Shown: positions 16,204-26,205 of the stretch, piece after piece
Layout: every line of letters starts with the position of its first letter
Position numbering within the stretch: position 1 is the first letter of the stretch
Virus record (IMG/VR): IMGVR_UViG_3300027996_000014
Span: 24,209-88,208 of that record
From: a virus
Length of the DNA stretch: 64,000 nucleotides
Reading direction: 5' to 3' (one strand)
Translations under genes and position numbers: made by a program
Notes under the pieces: generated by a model
What the model was told of the DNA's origin: nothing
The model's input: the letters and a program-made list of their open reading frames with translations, nothing else
The model's database searches: none

Positions 16204-17265
16204 ATGGCAAAAATTGATTATTGGGGACAACTCCAAAATAACATTCAACGTGGAATTGATGGGTATAACGCAGGTTTACCTACAGGTTTTAAACGATTGA
16301 ACGCTCACATTAGTAATATACAGCAAAAACGATATACTACTATTGGAGGAGCAACTGGTACTGGTAAAACTGCTTATGTAGATTCTGCATATTTGTTTAA
16401 CCCTTACGAATATTTAATGGCTAATCCAGATTATCATCATTCACTTGAAATAATCTATTATTCATTAGAGATACCACCTGAAGAGAAATTAGCAAAGTTT
16501 GCTTGTTTTAAATTATGGGAAAATCATGGAATTAATATTGACATTAAAGTATTATATAGTGAAGGTGAATTTAAAATTCCTCCTGAAATAATTCCTCTTA
16601 TTGATAAAATGGGTCCGTATTTTAGTAAATTACAAGAAAAGGTATTGACTTTTAGAAGTTCAATGAGTCCTAATTTTATGTATAAGGATATAATGAGCTA
16701 TGCTGAGAAAAGAGGTAAGGTTATACGTAAAGATGGAATAATCGTTGATTATATACCTAATGATCCAAATTTGATTACTGAAATCATTATTGATCATGCT
16801 AATCTTATTACTCCTAATGCAGAAGATAAGAATCAAAAAGCAGCAATTGATAGAGCGTCTAAGATGCTTGTGTTCTTTAGAAATATGTTTAAGTTTAGTC
16901 CTATTGTAGTATCTCAATTTAATAGAGGTATTGAAGGAATGGACAGAAAACAAATGGATTCTCAAGAACCATTACTATCAGATTTTAAAGAAACTGGTGC
17001 TACTCAAGAAGATGCTAATGTTGTAATTGGATTATTTAATCCTTTTAGATATGGTATTAAAGAGCATAGAGGTTACCCAGTAAGTAAATTAAAACGTAGA
17101 TATCGTTCTGCTCATGTTCTTAAAAATAGAGGTGGTGCTGATGGATTACAAGTAGGTCTTCATTTTATGGGAGAAATTGGTAAGTTTAGAGAACTTCCTA
17201 GTGCTAAAGATTTACAAAATAACCCTACACTATTAGATAAAATCTTAAAAATAGGAATGATATGA
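16204..17265 (+). CDS. dnaB: DnaB-like replicative helicase
   Basis: LPTGF, GGATGTGKT, YSLE, IIDH, SQFNR, LSDFKETGATQEDA, KNRGG; start moved to 16204. Confidence 0.9.
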   Translation: MAKIDYWGQLQNNIQRGIDGYNAGLPTGFKRLNAHISNIQQKRYTTIGGATGTGKTAYVDSAYLFNPYEYLMANPDYHHSLEIIYYSLEIPPEEKLAKFACFKLWENHGINIDIKVLYSEGEFKIPPEIIPLIDKMGPYFSKLQEKVLTFRSSMSPNFMYKDIMSYAEKRGKVIRKDGIIVDYIPNDPNLITEIIIDHANLITPNAEDKNQKAAIDRASKMLVFFRNMFKFSPIVVSQFNRGIEGMDRKQMDSQEPLLSDFKETGATQEDANVVIGLFNPFRYGIKEHRGYPVSKLKRRYRSAHVLKNRGGADGLQVGLHFMGEIGKFRELPSAKDLQNNPTLLDKILKIGMI

Positions 17266-17561
17266 TAGTAGAATTAAAAGATTGGGTAAAAGAAAAATTA
17301 ATTTCTAATTCAAAATTACGTGATAGTAATGAGAAACTTTATTATTTATACCTTAAAGATGTTCTTAAATATGACATAAATAATAAGTCAATTAAAGATT
17401 TCCTTCAAGATATGAGTAAACGTAAAATTCCTTATTTAGATTCTGTGGCTAGAGCGTCAAGATTAATACAATCTGATAATCCTTATTTAAGAGGAAAATA
17501 TTGGGGAAAAAGAAAGAGTAAAAGTGTAGAAGTTAAGCATGAAATTCTTGCTAATAAGTAA
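17262..17561 (+). CDS. hypothetical protein
   Basis: ORF track; overlapping start/stop. Confidence 0.7.
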   Translation: MIVELKDWVKEKLISNSKLRDSNEKLYYLYLKDVLKYDINNKSIKDFLQDMSKRKIPYLDSVARASRLIQSDNPYLRGKYWGKRKSKSVEVKHEILANK

Positions 17562-17579
17562 GCAATTTCGTATATTTAG
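17548..17579 (+). promoter_or_regulatory. Bacteroidota primary-sigma-type promoter
   Basis: TTG-N20-TATATTTAG, close to the TTG-N~19-TAnnTTTG consensus, upstream of the ATPase/SSB operon. Confidence 0.5.
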
Positions 17580-17622
17580 TACTTCTAACGAGAGAAAAAT
17601 AAATCAATAAATCAATAAATAT

Positions 17623-18291
17623 ATGGGACAATTAATTTTTGTCGTTGCCAAATCTGGTATGGGTAAAAGTACGTCATTACGTAACTTAAACCCTGACGAA
17701 ACTGTGATAGTGAACACAGATCAAAAACCACTACCTTTTCCTAAGTCAAAAGAACTTTATAGTGAAGAAAAGGGTAATTATATAAAAAGTTCAGATACCA
17801 CTAAAGTACTTAATAGACTTAAGCAAGCACACAAAGAACCAAAGATTAAAACTTTTGTCATTGATACTTGGTCAAGAGTTATGACTGATTTTATAATGAG
17901 TGGAGCTTTTAGATCTAGTACAGGATTTGATAAGTGGAATAACCTTAGTGGTTCACAGTATGATTTACTTAATACCATTAATGAAAAAGTAAGAGATGAT
18001 TTAAATGTATATCTATTTGCTCATCCTGAAACTATTCAAGATGAAAATGGATTTTTACGTGAAAGAATAGCTGTTCAAGGTAAACAATTAGAAAAGTTTG
18101 CACCTGAAAGTTTTAGTTCAGTAGTATTATATGCTGAAATTAAAGCTTCTCCTGGTAAACCTAATGAACATATATTTAGAACTAGAAATTCTGGAGCTGA
18201 TACATGTAAAACGCCTATGGGAATGTTTGAAGATGCTGAAATTTCTAATGACTTAGTACTTGTTAACGAAGCAGTTAACGCATATTTTTAA
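17623..18291 (+). CDS. AAA_24/Sak4-like ATPase (single-strand annealing)
   Basis: AKSGMGKST Walker A, FVIDT Walker B, LFAH, CKTPMGMF. Confidence 0.8.
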   Translation: MGQLIFVVAKSGMGKSTSLRNLNPDETVIVNTDQKPLPFPKSKELYSEEKGNYIKSSDTTKVLNRLKQAHKEPKIKTFVIDTWSRVMTDFIMSGAFRSSTGFDKWNNLSGSQYDLLNTINEKVRDDLNVYLFAHPETIQDENGFLRERIAVQGKQLEKFAPESFSSVVLYAEIKASPGKPNEHIFRTRNSGADTCKTPMGMFEDAEISNDLVLVNEAVNAYF

Positions 18292-18327
18292 TAAGAGTAA
18301 TAATTAGTATAAATAAAAATCACAAAA

Positions 18328-18864
18328 ATGAGTGAAGTAACATGGGGAGTGCCAACCCAACAAAAAAGAGCAAAAGTAGAAATGTTTACAACTCCAGTTG
18401 TAACAATGGGAGCATTAAATAAACCAGGAGCAGGACGTAAGTTAAGTTTTAATCAAGCTGCTCAAAAAATGATGGGACTTGAAAAAGGAGAATCTTATGT
18501 AGCAATTGGTTTTGGTGATGATAATAGTATCTTTATTCAAGCTTTCGCAAAAGAAGTAGATCACGGATTTGCACTTACTAAAACTTGTAGTTTTAGTAAT
18601 AAAAGAGTATTTGAATACATTGCTAAAATTCAAAAATTAGATGTTAATTTAGAAAACTATTTACATTTAGAAGAAGTTGAAGGAGCTGGATTAGTAACTG
18701 TTAATAAAATTACTACAAGTGTAAGTACAGATACAGATCCTAAAATTTCTGAAGAAATGGTAAGTGAACAAGTATTTTCTTCTTCTGAAGAAGTAGAAGA
18801 AATATTAGATGAAGTATTAGATGTAAAAAAGACTGAAGAAGGAGAGCAGTCAGCTGAATGGTAA
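18328..18864 (+). CDS. hypothetical protein with acidic tail ending in Trp
   Basis: ORF track. Confidence 0.7.
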   Translation: MSEVTWGVPTQQKRAKVEMFTTPVVTMGALNKPGAGRKLSFNQAAQKMMGLEKGESYVAIGFGDDNSIFIQAFAKEVDHGFALTKTCSFSNKRVFEYIAKIQKLDVNLENYLHLEEVEGAGLVTVNKITTSVSTDTDPKISEEMVSEQVFSSSEEVEEILDEVLDVKKTEEGEQSAEW

Positions 18865-18887
18865 AAATAATAAAATAAAAGTAAATT

Positions 18888-19472
18888 ATGAGTATAAATT
18901 TAAATGATGATTCGTACAACATCAAGGAAGGTGTTGCGATTTTTAACAGTGGTACAGCTGGTATTTCAGAAAATGTAACTTTAAGTGTTGAGAAGCGTAA
19001 AGCTGATGACAAAGATACAGCTCCTGATTATAAACTAATGTTTACCGATGAAACTGGGGCAACTTGTAATACTGCTTTTTGGCATATTACTAAAGATACT
19101 CAGTATGATACAATAGATGAACAAACAGTAAAGAAAGGTAAAGTGTTTAAGCACCTTATTCATGCAATGTATGGAGCAGATTTTCAAATTCCTAATTTTA
19201 AAGATGCAGAGGAAATGTTAAATGGTACTATGAAGCTTCTTCGTGAAGGTTCAGCTAGTGCAGGTAAGTTTAGAATTTTTGCTAATTATGGTACATCAAG
19301 TAAGCCTAGAGCTTATATTCAACCACGTTCTTGGGTTCCATTTATAGAACCAATGACTGTTGATATTGATAATACTAGACTTATAAAAGGTGATTTTGAT
19401 GCAATGGAAAGATTGCAAGCAGATAAACCTACTATGGCATCGACATCTGATAATGGTGATGATGAATGGTAG
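18888..19472 (+). CDS. putative single-stranded DNA-binding protein
   Basis: Lies between the Sak4-like ATPase and primase; acidic tail DNGDDEW. Confidence 0.5.
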   Translation: MSINLNDDSYNIKEGVAIFNSGTAGISENVTLSVEKRKADDKDTAPDYKLMFTDETGATCNTAFWHITKDTQYDTIDEQTVKKGKVFKHLIHAMYGADFQIPNFKDAEEMLNGTMKLLREGSASAGKFRIFANYGTSSKPRAYIQPRSWVPFIEPMTVDIDNTRLIKGDFDAMERLQADKPTMASTSDNGDDEW

Positions 19473-19492
19473 ATAGTAATTATTAACTAATT

Positions 19493-19522
19493 AAAAGGGA
19501 AGTTTAACGGCTTCCCTTTTTT
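19493..19522 (+). terminator. intrinsic terminator
   Basis: AAAAGGGAAG-TTTAACGG-CTTCCCTTTT followed by TT. Confidence 0.85.
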
Positions 19523-19533
19523 AATTTTTTTAT

Positions 19534-20538
19534 ATGAGAGAAATTAATTTAAATTCATTTGTTTATAATGAACAAATTACTAGAGATGATATACTTAATG
19601 TATTGATACAAGAAGATATTTATTCTCATTATATAGGAGAACCAATACGACAAGGAATCAGAATAAATAGTCCTTTAAGAGATGATAATGTTCCTTCTTT
19701 TTCATTTTATTATCATAAAAGTGGAAATGGAAGCTTAATGTTTTTTGATTATGCTACTAAGGAGAGTGGAGATTGTATAGTGTTTGTATGTAAATTATTT
19801 GGTATAGATTATAAAAAAGCATTATTTAAAATTACTTATGATTTTAATTTATCAATTGTAAAAATTACAGAAGAACGTAAAAAAATTATAAAAAGTAAAA
19901 AAATTATAACAAAAGAACAAGTTAAAATTGAAATTAAACGCAGATCGTGGAAAAAACGTGATGCTAATTTCTGGAAAGCTTTTGGTATTACTAAAAATAC
20001 ATTAATTAAATATAATGTAATACCTGTAAAGTATGTATTCTTTAATGAAAATTCTACAGAGTTAGCTGCTTTAGCCTATGCATATCTTGAATTTAAAGAT
20101 GATTTAATATCTTATAAAATATATCAACCTTTAAGTTCACAATATAAATGGATTAATAATGCTAATTATAGTGTACATCAAGGATATACCCAGTTGCCTA
20201 AAAATGGAGAATTATTAATTATTACTAAATCATTAAAAGATGTAATGAGTATCAGGGATGTTATGAATATTCCTAGTGTTGGATTACAATCAGAGTCTGT
20301 TATGATGAAACAATCAGTAATGGATGAATATAAAAAACGTTTTAAGAAAGTAATATGTTTATTTGATAATGATAAAGCTGGTAAAAGTTTGTCTATTCAA
20401 TTTACAAAAGAATATTCTATACCTCATTTTTTCGTATCTGAATTAGAAGGAGTCACTGACTTTTCTGATTTAGTTAAGAAAGTAGGTAAAATTAAAGCTA
20501 AAGAAGAATTTATAAATAAAATAAAAAAATATGAATAA
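19534..20538 (+). CDS. DNA primase (DnaG-like, crAss type)
   Basis: Degenerate CHC2 region SPLRDDNVPSF...FDYATKESGD; TOPRIM ITKSLKDVM...LFDNDKAG...TDFSD. Confidence 0.85.
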   Translation: MREINLNSFVYNEQITRDDILNVLIQEDIYSHYIGEPIRQGIRINSPLRDDNVPSFSFYYHKSGNGSLMFFDYATKESGDCIVFVCKLFGIDYKKALFKITYDFNLSIVKITEERKKIIKSKKIITKEQVKIEIKRRSWKKRDANFWKAFGITKNTLIKYNVIPVKYVFFNENSTELAALAYAYLEFKDDLISYKIYQPLSSQYKWINNANYSVHQGYTQLPKNGELLIITKSLKDVMSIRDVMNIPSVGLQSESVMMKQSVMDEYKKRFKKVICLFDNDKAGKSLSIQFTKEYSIPHFFVSELEGVTDFSDLVKKVGKIKAKEEFINKIKKYE

Positions 20539-21697
20539 AGTAGAATCATTAGCTAAAGTAAGCAAAGAGCTTATGTTAAAAGAACCATATTATGGATTCT
20601 TTTTAATTATGTTAAATAAATTATGGAGCGATAAGATATCAACTGCATGTGTAGGTAAACAAGGTATTAATTATCAGTTACTTATTAATACTGAATTTTG
20701 GGAAAATTTGAATCATTTAAAACAAATGGGTCTTTTAAAACATGAGTTATTACACATAGCATTCAAGCATTTAAGTATTGTATTTAAATTTGCTGATAGA
20801 AAGCTTGCTAATATAGCAATGGATATGGAAATCAATCAATATATAGAAAAAGATTGGTTACCTGAAGGCGGTATAGATATAGATGATTATTCAGAGTTAA
20901 ATCTTGATCGTAAAGCAGGATGTACATATTATTATAATAAACTACAAGAAGCTAAAGAAGAAAAAGAAGAAAAAGGTACTTGTGGATGTCCTAATATGGA
21001 TAAAGTATTAGATGGTATTGGAAATCCAGATCATTCAGGATGGGACGAATTTGAAGAAATATCAGAAATTGAACATAATCTTATTGAACGTCAAACTAAT
21101 AGATTATTAAAAGAAGCTCGTGATCAAACATTAAAGAAAAGAGGTACGATACCTGGTGAGATTACAAGTATAATTGAAATGGCTGAAATTACAAAACCTA
21201 AATTTAATTGGAAGAAATATATTAGAAGATTTACAGGAGCTTCAACAAAAGTTTTTACAAAAAAACAAAGAAGAAAAGAAAATCGTAGATATGAAGATAA
21301 TCCAGGATTAAAGGTTAAAATGAGACAAAAAATGCTATTAGCAATTGATACATCAGGTTCAGTAAACGATACTGAATTACTTGAATTTATGAATGAAATT
21401 TATCATATTTATAAAGCAGGTGTAGAAGTTGTAATTATACAATGTGATACTGTAATCAATAGTATATTAGAATATAAAGGAAAGTTTGAATTAGAAATTA
21501 CAGGTAGAGGAGGAACAGAATTTGATCCTGTCTTAGAATATTATGCTAAACATCCTGAATATACAAGTCTTGTATATTTTACAGATGGAGAATGCAGTGC
21601 TTCAGTAAAACCAAAGAAAAAGGTTTTATGGGTCTTATCAGAAAGATCACAAATAAATGATTCCTTACCTGGAAAAGTTATTAAGTTAGAAATTTAA
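20531..21697 (+). CDS. metallopeptidase-VWA protein (DUF2201-like)
   Basis: HELLH zinc motif, NIAMDMEIN, VWA MIDAS IDTSGS, GRGGTEF, YFTDG. Confidence 0.88.
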   Translation: MNKVESLAKVSKELMLKEPYYGFFLIMLNKLWSDKISTACVGKQGINYQLLINTEFWENLNHLKQMGLLKHELLHIAFKHLSIVFKFADRKLANIAMDMEINQYIEKDWLPEGGIDIDDYSELNLDRKAGCTYYYNKLQEAKEEKEEKGTCGCPNMDKVLDGIGNPDHSGWDEFEEISEIEHNLIERQTNRLLKEARDQTLKKRGTIPGEITSIIEMAEITKPKFNWKKYIRRFTGASTKVFTKKQRRKENRRYEDNPGLKVKMRQKMLLAIDTSGSVNDTELLEFMNEIYHIYKAGVEVVIIQCDTVINSILEYKGKFELEITGRGGTEFDPVLEYYAKHPEYTSLVYFTDGECSASVKPKKKVLWVLSERSQINDSLPGKVIKLEI

Positions 21698-21709
21698 AAA
21701 TTAAATAAA

Positions 21710-22879
21710 ATGGGACAAGTTAAATTAAATGTTGAAGAATTAAGTGATTTTATTAAGCATATGATTACTAATAATCAACATATTCAAAAGAAAGGAATGG
21801 TTCCTGTAACTATAAATGTAGAAGGTGAAGCTGGACTAGGTAAAACTTCATCTATCATACAACTTGGTGAAGAATTAGGACTACAAGTAGAAAAATTAAA
21901 TCTATCACAATTTGAAGAATTAGGAGATCTAATAGGTTTTCCTGTTAAAGAATATAAAATTAAAAATACTGAAGGTAAAGTATTATGGATAACTGAGCAT
22001 GAAATTACAAAAGCTAGTGAAAAAGGATATAGAGTTGTAGATAAAAGAATGGCTCATGCTAAACCTGCTTGGATTCAAGATAAGGAAGATGGAGGTATTT
22101 TAATACTTGATGATTTTACAAGAGCTGATACTAGATTTATGCAAGCTGTAATGGAAATTTGCGATAGACAAGAATATGTTTCGTGGAAACTTCCTAAGAA
22201 CTGGCATGTAATTCTTACTACTAATCCTGATAATGGCGATTATAATGTAACAAGTTTAGATGTTGCACAACAAACTCGTTTTATTTCTGTTGATTTAAAG
22301 TTTGATGAAAAAGTGTGGGCAAAGTGGGCAGAATCTGTAAATATAGATAGTAGATGTATTAATTTTCTACTTATGCATCCAGAATTAGTAACGCAAAAAG
22401 TTAATCCTAGAAGTTTTACTACATTTTTTAATTCAATAAGTTCAATAGAAAAGTTTGATGAAAATTTACCAATTATTCAAATGATTGGTGAAGGGTCAGT
22501 TGGATTAGATTTTTCAAGTATGTTTACAATGTTTATTAATAACAAACTTGATAAGATTATATCACCAGAAGCTATCATTAATAAAGATAAAGGATATGTA
22601 TTTGGTCAATTAACAGATATAATTGGAACAGCTGATGATTTTAGAGCTGATATATCAAGTGTTATTTCAACAAGAATTGTAAATTACTTATTGAATTTTG
22701 CAAAAACTAATCCTATTTCAGGAGAAATATTAACAAGAATTGAAGATTTATTTATTGATTGTGAATCGTTTACTACTGATTTAAAATACTACATTATTAA
22801 AGAAGTACTAAATGGTAATAAACAAAAATTTAGTAAATTAATGATGAATCCAAAAATTGCTAAACTAATAATAAAATAA
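21710..22879 (+). CDS. MoxR-like AAA+ ATPase
   Basis: GEAGLGKT, DLIGFP, LILDDFTRA, LTTNP, TRF, NPRSF. Confidence 0.88.
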   Translation: MGQVKLNVEELSDFIKHMITNNQHIQKKGMVPVTINVEGEAGLGKTSSIIQLGEELGLQVEKLNLSQFEELGDLIGFPVKEYKIKNTEGKVLWITEHEITKASEKGYRVVDKRMAHAKPAWIQDKEDGGILILDDFTRADTRFMQAVMEICDRQEYVSWKLPKNWHVILTTNPDNGDYNVTSLDVAQQTRFISVDLKFDEKVWAKWAESVNIDSRCINFLLMHPELVTQKVNPRSFTTFFNSISSIEKFDENLPIIQMIGEGSVGLDFSSMFTMFINNKLDKIISPEAIINKDKGYVFGQLTDIIGTADDFRADISSVISTRIVNYLLNFAKTNPISGEILTRIEDLFIDCESFTTDLKYYIIKEVLNGNKQKFSKLMMNPKIAKLIIK

Positions 22880-22880
22880 T

Positions 22881-24020
22881 ATGGAAAATTACTTACACCT
22901 TACTGTAGATATAAGAAGAAATAATAATACAATATTAGATATTGATTTATATTTTGAAAATAAATTTATTGTTGAGGCAGAAGATTTTTTAATCTCTAAA
23001 AACAAATATAAATTAAAAAAAAATGATAAAATTTTCTTTTTACCTGGGGTTAATATACCAAGAGTAAAAATTAAAAATTTAACATTTACTCAAGGGATTA
23101 AAAGTATACGTGATGTTAAAAAAGCAGATGCTGTTTTTATGAGTGATTTAACTTTTGGTAAAATGGTAGAAAATGATTTTACTTATACTATGCCAGTAAC
23201 TATATTTAAAAATTATATTGAAATTATAGAAAATGAATTAAGTTCTGAACAAATAGAATATGTAATAAAATCATTAGAGTCTTATAAATTTGATAATATA
23301 ATTATGACTGGAAATACTTATAGAAGTATGGCAAATGATAATTTAAATGTTATTAAAAATAATCCTAAAATTTATAATGAAATTGTAGATAATGTTAGTT
23401 CATCATATCTTAAAATTTTAAAAGAAGAACATATTGACACATATAATTATTTAATTGGTAAAGAAATATTTGATGAATCATGTATAATTGAAATGTTAAA
23501 TGGAAATGACGCATTAACTATTGATAAAAAAGTATTTCAACAATTAGAGTCTATGCTTGATAGTGATGATTCTGAAAATCATACAATTGCTATGGAAATA
23601 ATGGCAAATTGTGAATATAAAAGTAGTCTTTTACATTTAATGATTTTGTTTGAAAAATTTAATGATATTTTTTCTAGAAGTAAATTTAAAAATCACATTA
23701 ATTTTAAATCATTGTTATCGTATTTAGATATGACACCTAGTAATATACATGTTCGTTTAGATACTGTAATTGAATTATTTATTAAAAGAGAAGCATTAAC
23801 TGAAGAATGGGCAGATGTAATATTAAAAAATTATGATTATAGAATCAGAATGGGAGAATCTAAATATTTTAAATGTCATACAGTAACTCTTGATAATGAA
23901 GCATTAAAATTTTTAAATATTAATTATAAAAGACAATTAACAGATGATTTTGTTCCTGTTGTTGTAGAAAAAGTAGAAGAAGTAGAAGAAACCGTTTCTT
24001 CTAGTATAGTATGGATATAA
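22881..24020 (+). CDS. hypothetical protein in the MoxR/VWA operon
   Basis: 379-aa ORF starting 1 nt after the MoxR stop. Confidence 0.75.
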   Translation: MENYLHLTVDIRRNNNTILDIDLYFENKFIVEAEDFLISKNKYKLKKNDKIFFLPGVNIPRVKIKNLTFTQGIKSIRDVKKADAVFMSDLTFGKMVENDFTYTMPVTIFKNYIEIIENELSSEQIEYVIKSLESYKFDNIIMTGNTYRSMANDNLNVIKNNPKIYNEIVDNVSSSYLKILKEEHIDTYNYLIGKEIFDESCIIEMLNGNDALTIDKKVFQQLESMLDSDDSENHTIAMEIMANCEYKSSLLHLMILFEKFNDIFSRSKFKNHINFKSLLSYLDMTPSNIHVRLDTVIELFIKREALTEEWADVILKNYDYRIRMGESKYFKCHTVTLDNEALKFLNINYKRQLTDDFVPVVVEKVEEVEETVSSSIVWI

Positions 24021-24030
24021 ATTAAATAAA

Positions 24031-24552
24031 ATGGAAATAAAATGGATTTTTAGCAGGAGTTTGTCTAATGAACTTAAATTAGAATTTCCTGAATTTATTA
24101 CACATATTCCTCAAACTAAAAAAAAATGGATAAAAATTGGATATAATAAATTATATGCAAGTGGTCATTTCTCTATGCGAGCAGCATTAGTTGCTACAAT
24201 GCATAGATATATAGAAAAGAATATTCCAGACAATTTAATAATTAGATCACCTATTGAAACATCATTAATCGTTTACGCTCCCATTAATTTTGGGAATGTA
24301 AAACGATTAACTGATAAAAAAACAGGTAATAAGTATATAAGTTGGAAACCTGCTAGAGATGATTATGAACCTAATTGGGACATTGGAAACTTAGCACTAG
24401 TTTGGTTAAAGTGTTTAGATGATGTAGTTGTAAAAAAGAATATTATTAAAGATGATAGTATTGCATATTTAACAAAAACATCATATGAATTTAGAGAAGT
24501 AAAAACGATGAAAGAAAGAAAATTAGTATACACTTTAAAAACTATAAAATAA
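24031..24552 (+). CDS. RusA-like Holliday junction resolvase
   Basis: DIGNLA..WLKCLDD...IIKDDS matches the RusA DxDN..K...D...DD pattern. Confidence 0.7.
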   Translation: MEIKWIFSRSLSNELKLEFPEFITHIPQTKKKWIKIGYNKLYASGHFSMRAALVATMHRYIEKNIPDNLIIRSPIETSLIVYAPINFGNVKRLTDKKTGNKYISWKPARDDYEPNWDIGNLALVWLKCLDDVVVKKNIIKDDSIAYLTKTSYEFREVKTMKERKLVYTLKTIK

Positions 24553-24553
24553 T

Positions 24554-25570
24554 ATGGAAGAAAATTATAGAAAAATTAAAAAAGTTAACCAGAGTACTTT
24601 AAAAAAAATACTGGTTAGTCCTCAAGCATATATTAGAGCTAGAGATAAAGTCGATGAGGAGGGAGTAACACCTGAACATTTTGTATTTGGTAGAATGGTG
24701 GATGATATGTTGCTGAATCCCTCTGAAATTGACAATCTTTATTATGTAATGGATGATGTAGGAACAAGTAATGCAATTAAAGAGATTATTAGAAATGTTT
24801 ATGATTTTGCAAAACTAGAAAATAATATTACATTAATTGTTGATCCAAAATTAGAAGATGCTATTTTAAACGCATGTGAAATGTATAATTATCAACCTAG
24901 GTATAAACCAGAAACTAAAATTAGTAAGATTCAAGAATTAGGAGGAACTTATTTTAATTCATTAAATAACGCAGGAAAAAAAACTATTGTTTCTAAAGAA
25001 GATTATAATAGTGCAACTATTTGCGTAGCTGCTTTAAAAACTGATAAATATATAAGTAAGTATTTTTCAAAAGCAAAAGAAGTTGAAAATTTAGATAGAT
25101 TTATTATGGAATTTGAACTAAAAGGAATACCTTGTAAAGGAGAACTTGATAGAATACATATTAATCATTCAGAAAAGATTATTCGACCTATTGATTTTAA
25201 ATATACTGGTAAATCAGTTCTAGGGTTTAAATTTGATTTCTGGAAATATAGATATGATTTCCAAGGTGCATTTTATACAATGGGTATATTAAGGAATGAT
25301 AAAATTAAAGCTTTAGTATTAGAAGGTTATAAATTATTACCCTTTCAATATATTGTTGTAGAAAAAGATATGAATAATTTGCCGATGATTTTTGAATTTA
25401 CAGATAGCATTATTAGTATGGGTCAACTTGGCGGAACATTTCCTAATGGTAAAGTCATAGAAGGTATTTCTCAAGCATTAGAAAAATATGTATATCATAA
25501 TAAAACTGATAATTGGGATTATTCAAAAGAGTATATTGATAGTGGAGGAAAAGTAATGCTAACTTTATAA
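24554..25570 (+). CDS. PD-(D/E)xK exonuclease (RecE/ExoVIII-like)
   Basis: NQSTLK, FGRMVD, CKGELDRI...IDFK, YRYDFQGAFY. Confidence 0.82.
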   Translation: MEENYRKIKKVNQSTLKKILVSPQAYIRARDKVDEEGVTPEHFVFGRMVDDMLLNPSEIDNLYYVMDDVGTSNAIKEIIRNVYDFAKLENNITLIVDPKLEDAILNACEMYNYQPRYKPETKISKIQELGGTYFNSLNNAGKKTIVSKEDYNSATICVAALKTDKYISKYFSKAKEVENLDRFIMEFELKGIPCKGELDRIHINHSEKIIRPIDFKYTGKSVLGFKFDFWKYRYDFQGAFYTMGILRNDKIKALVLEGYKLLPFQYIVVEKDMNNLPMIFEFTDSIISMGQLGGTFPNGKVIEGISQALEKYVYHNKTDNWDYSKEYIDSGGKVMLTL

Positions 25571-25584
25571 AATGATAATTAAAA

Positions 25585-26202
25585 ATGAGCTATGTAAAAT
25601 ATACAAAAACCTCTACTTTCTTATTTCCTTTATTGGACATAAGTAAATCATTATTTAAATGTGACATTAAAAAGAATGATAAGCAAATAATGACTACTAG
25701 GTTTTTAAATGCTTTTTTAAATGATAAAGATTTAAATAATACTTTATACAATGATGGACCATTTGTTTTCATTGTAATTAAACCATATCAAGATATAGAT
25801 TTTGATAAATTTCATTCAGATCTTATAGTTTTAGACAACTATGTAGATGAATATATTAAAAACAATTACCTAGTCATGTTATTTAAAATTAAAGATAAAT
25901 ACATGAAAGACTATGAATTAATTCTTAAAGGAAAATATTCAAAAGTTTCAAAAGCTGGTAAAAAAATAATAAACAATAATTCTTATTTTTCTGGACAATC
26001 GCATATTGTTCCATTAATCTTACGAAAAGCAGAAGAACTAAAAGAAAGTTGGCAAAGACGCTTAACTGCAGACAATAAAATAATAGATCTTGGCGATCAA
26101 GAGGTATGGGGAATATTAGATATGGAAAAAGAGAATTTGACAAAAGAAATAATAATGGAATACTCTTATTCAAAAATAAGTACTGTAGCTATTAAATTAT
26201 AA
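25585..26202 (+). CDS. hypothetical protein
   Basis: ORF track; operon-packed. Confidence 0.75.
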   Translation: MSYVKYTKTSTFLFPLLDISKSLFKCDIKKNDKQIMTTRFLNAFLNDKDLNNTLYNDGPFVFIVIKPYQDIDFDKFHSDLIVLDNYVDEYIKNNYLVMLFKIKDKYMKDYELILKGKYSKVSKAGKKIINNNSYFSGQSHIVPLILRKAEELKESWQRRLTADNKIIDLGDQEVWGILDMEKENLTKEIIMEYSYSKISTVAIKL

Positions 26203-26205
26203 TCT

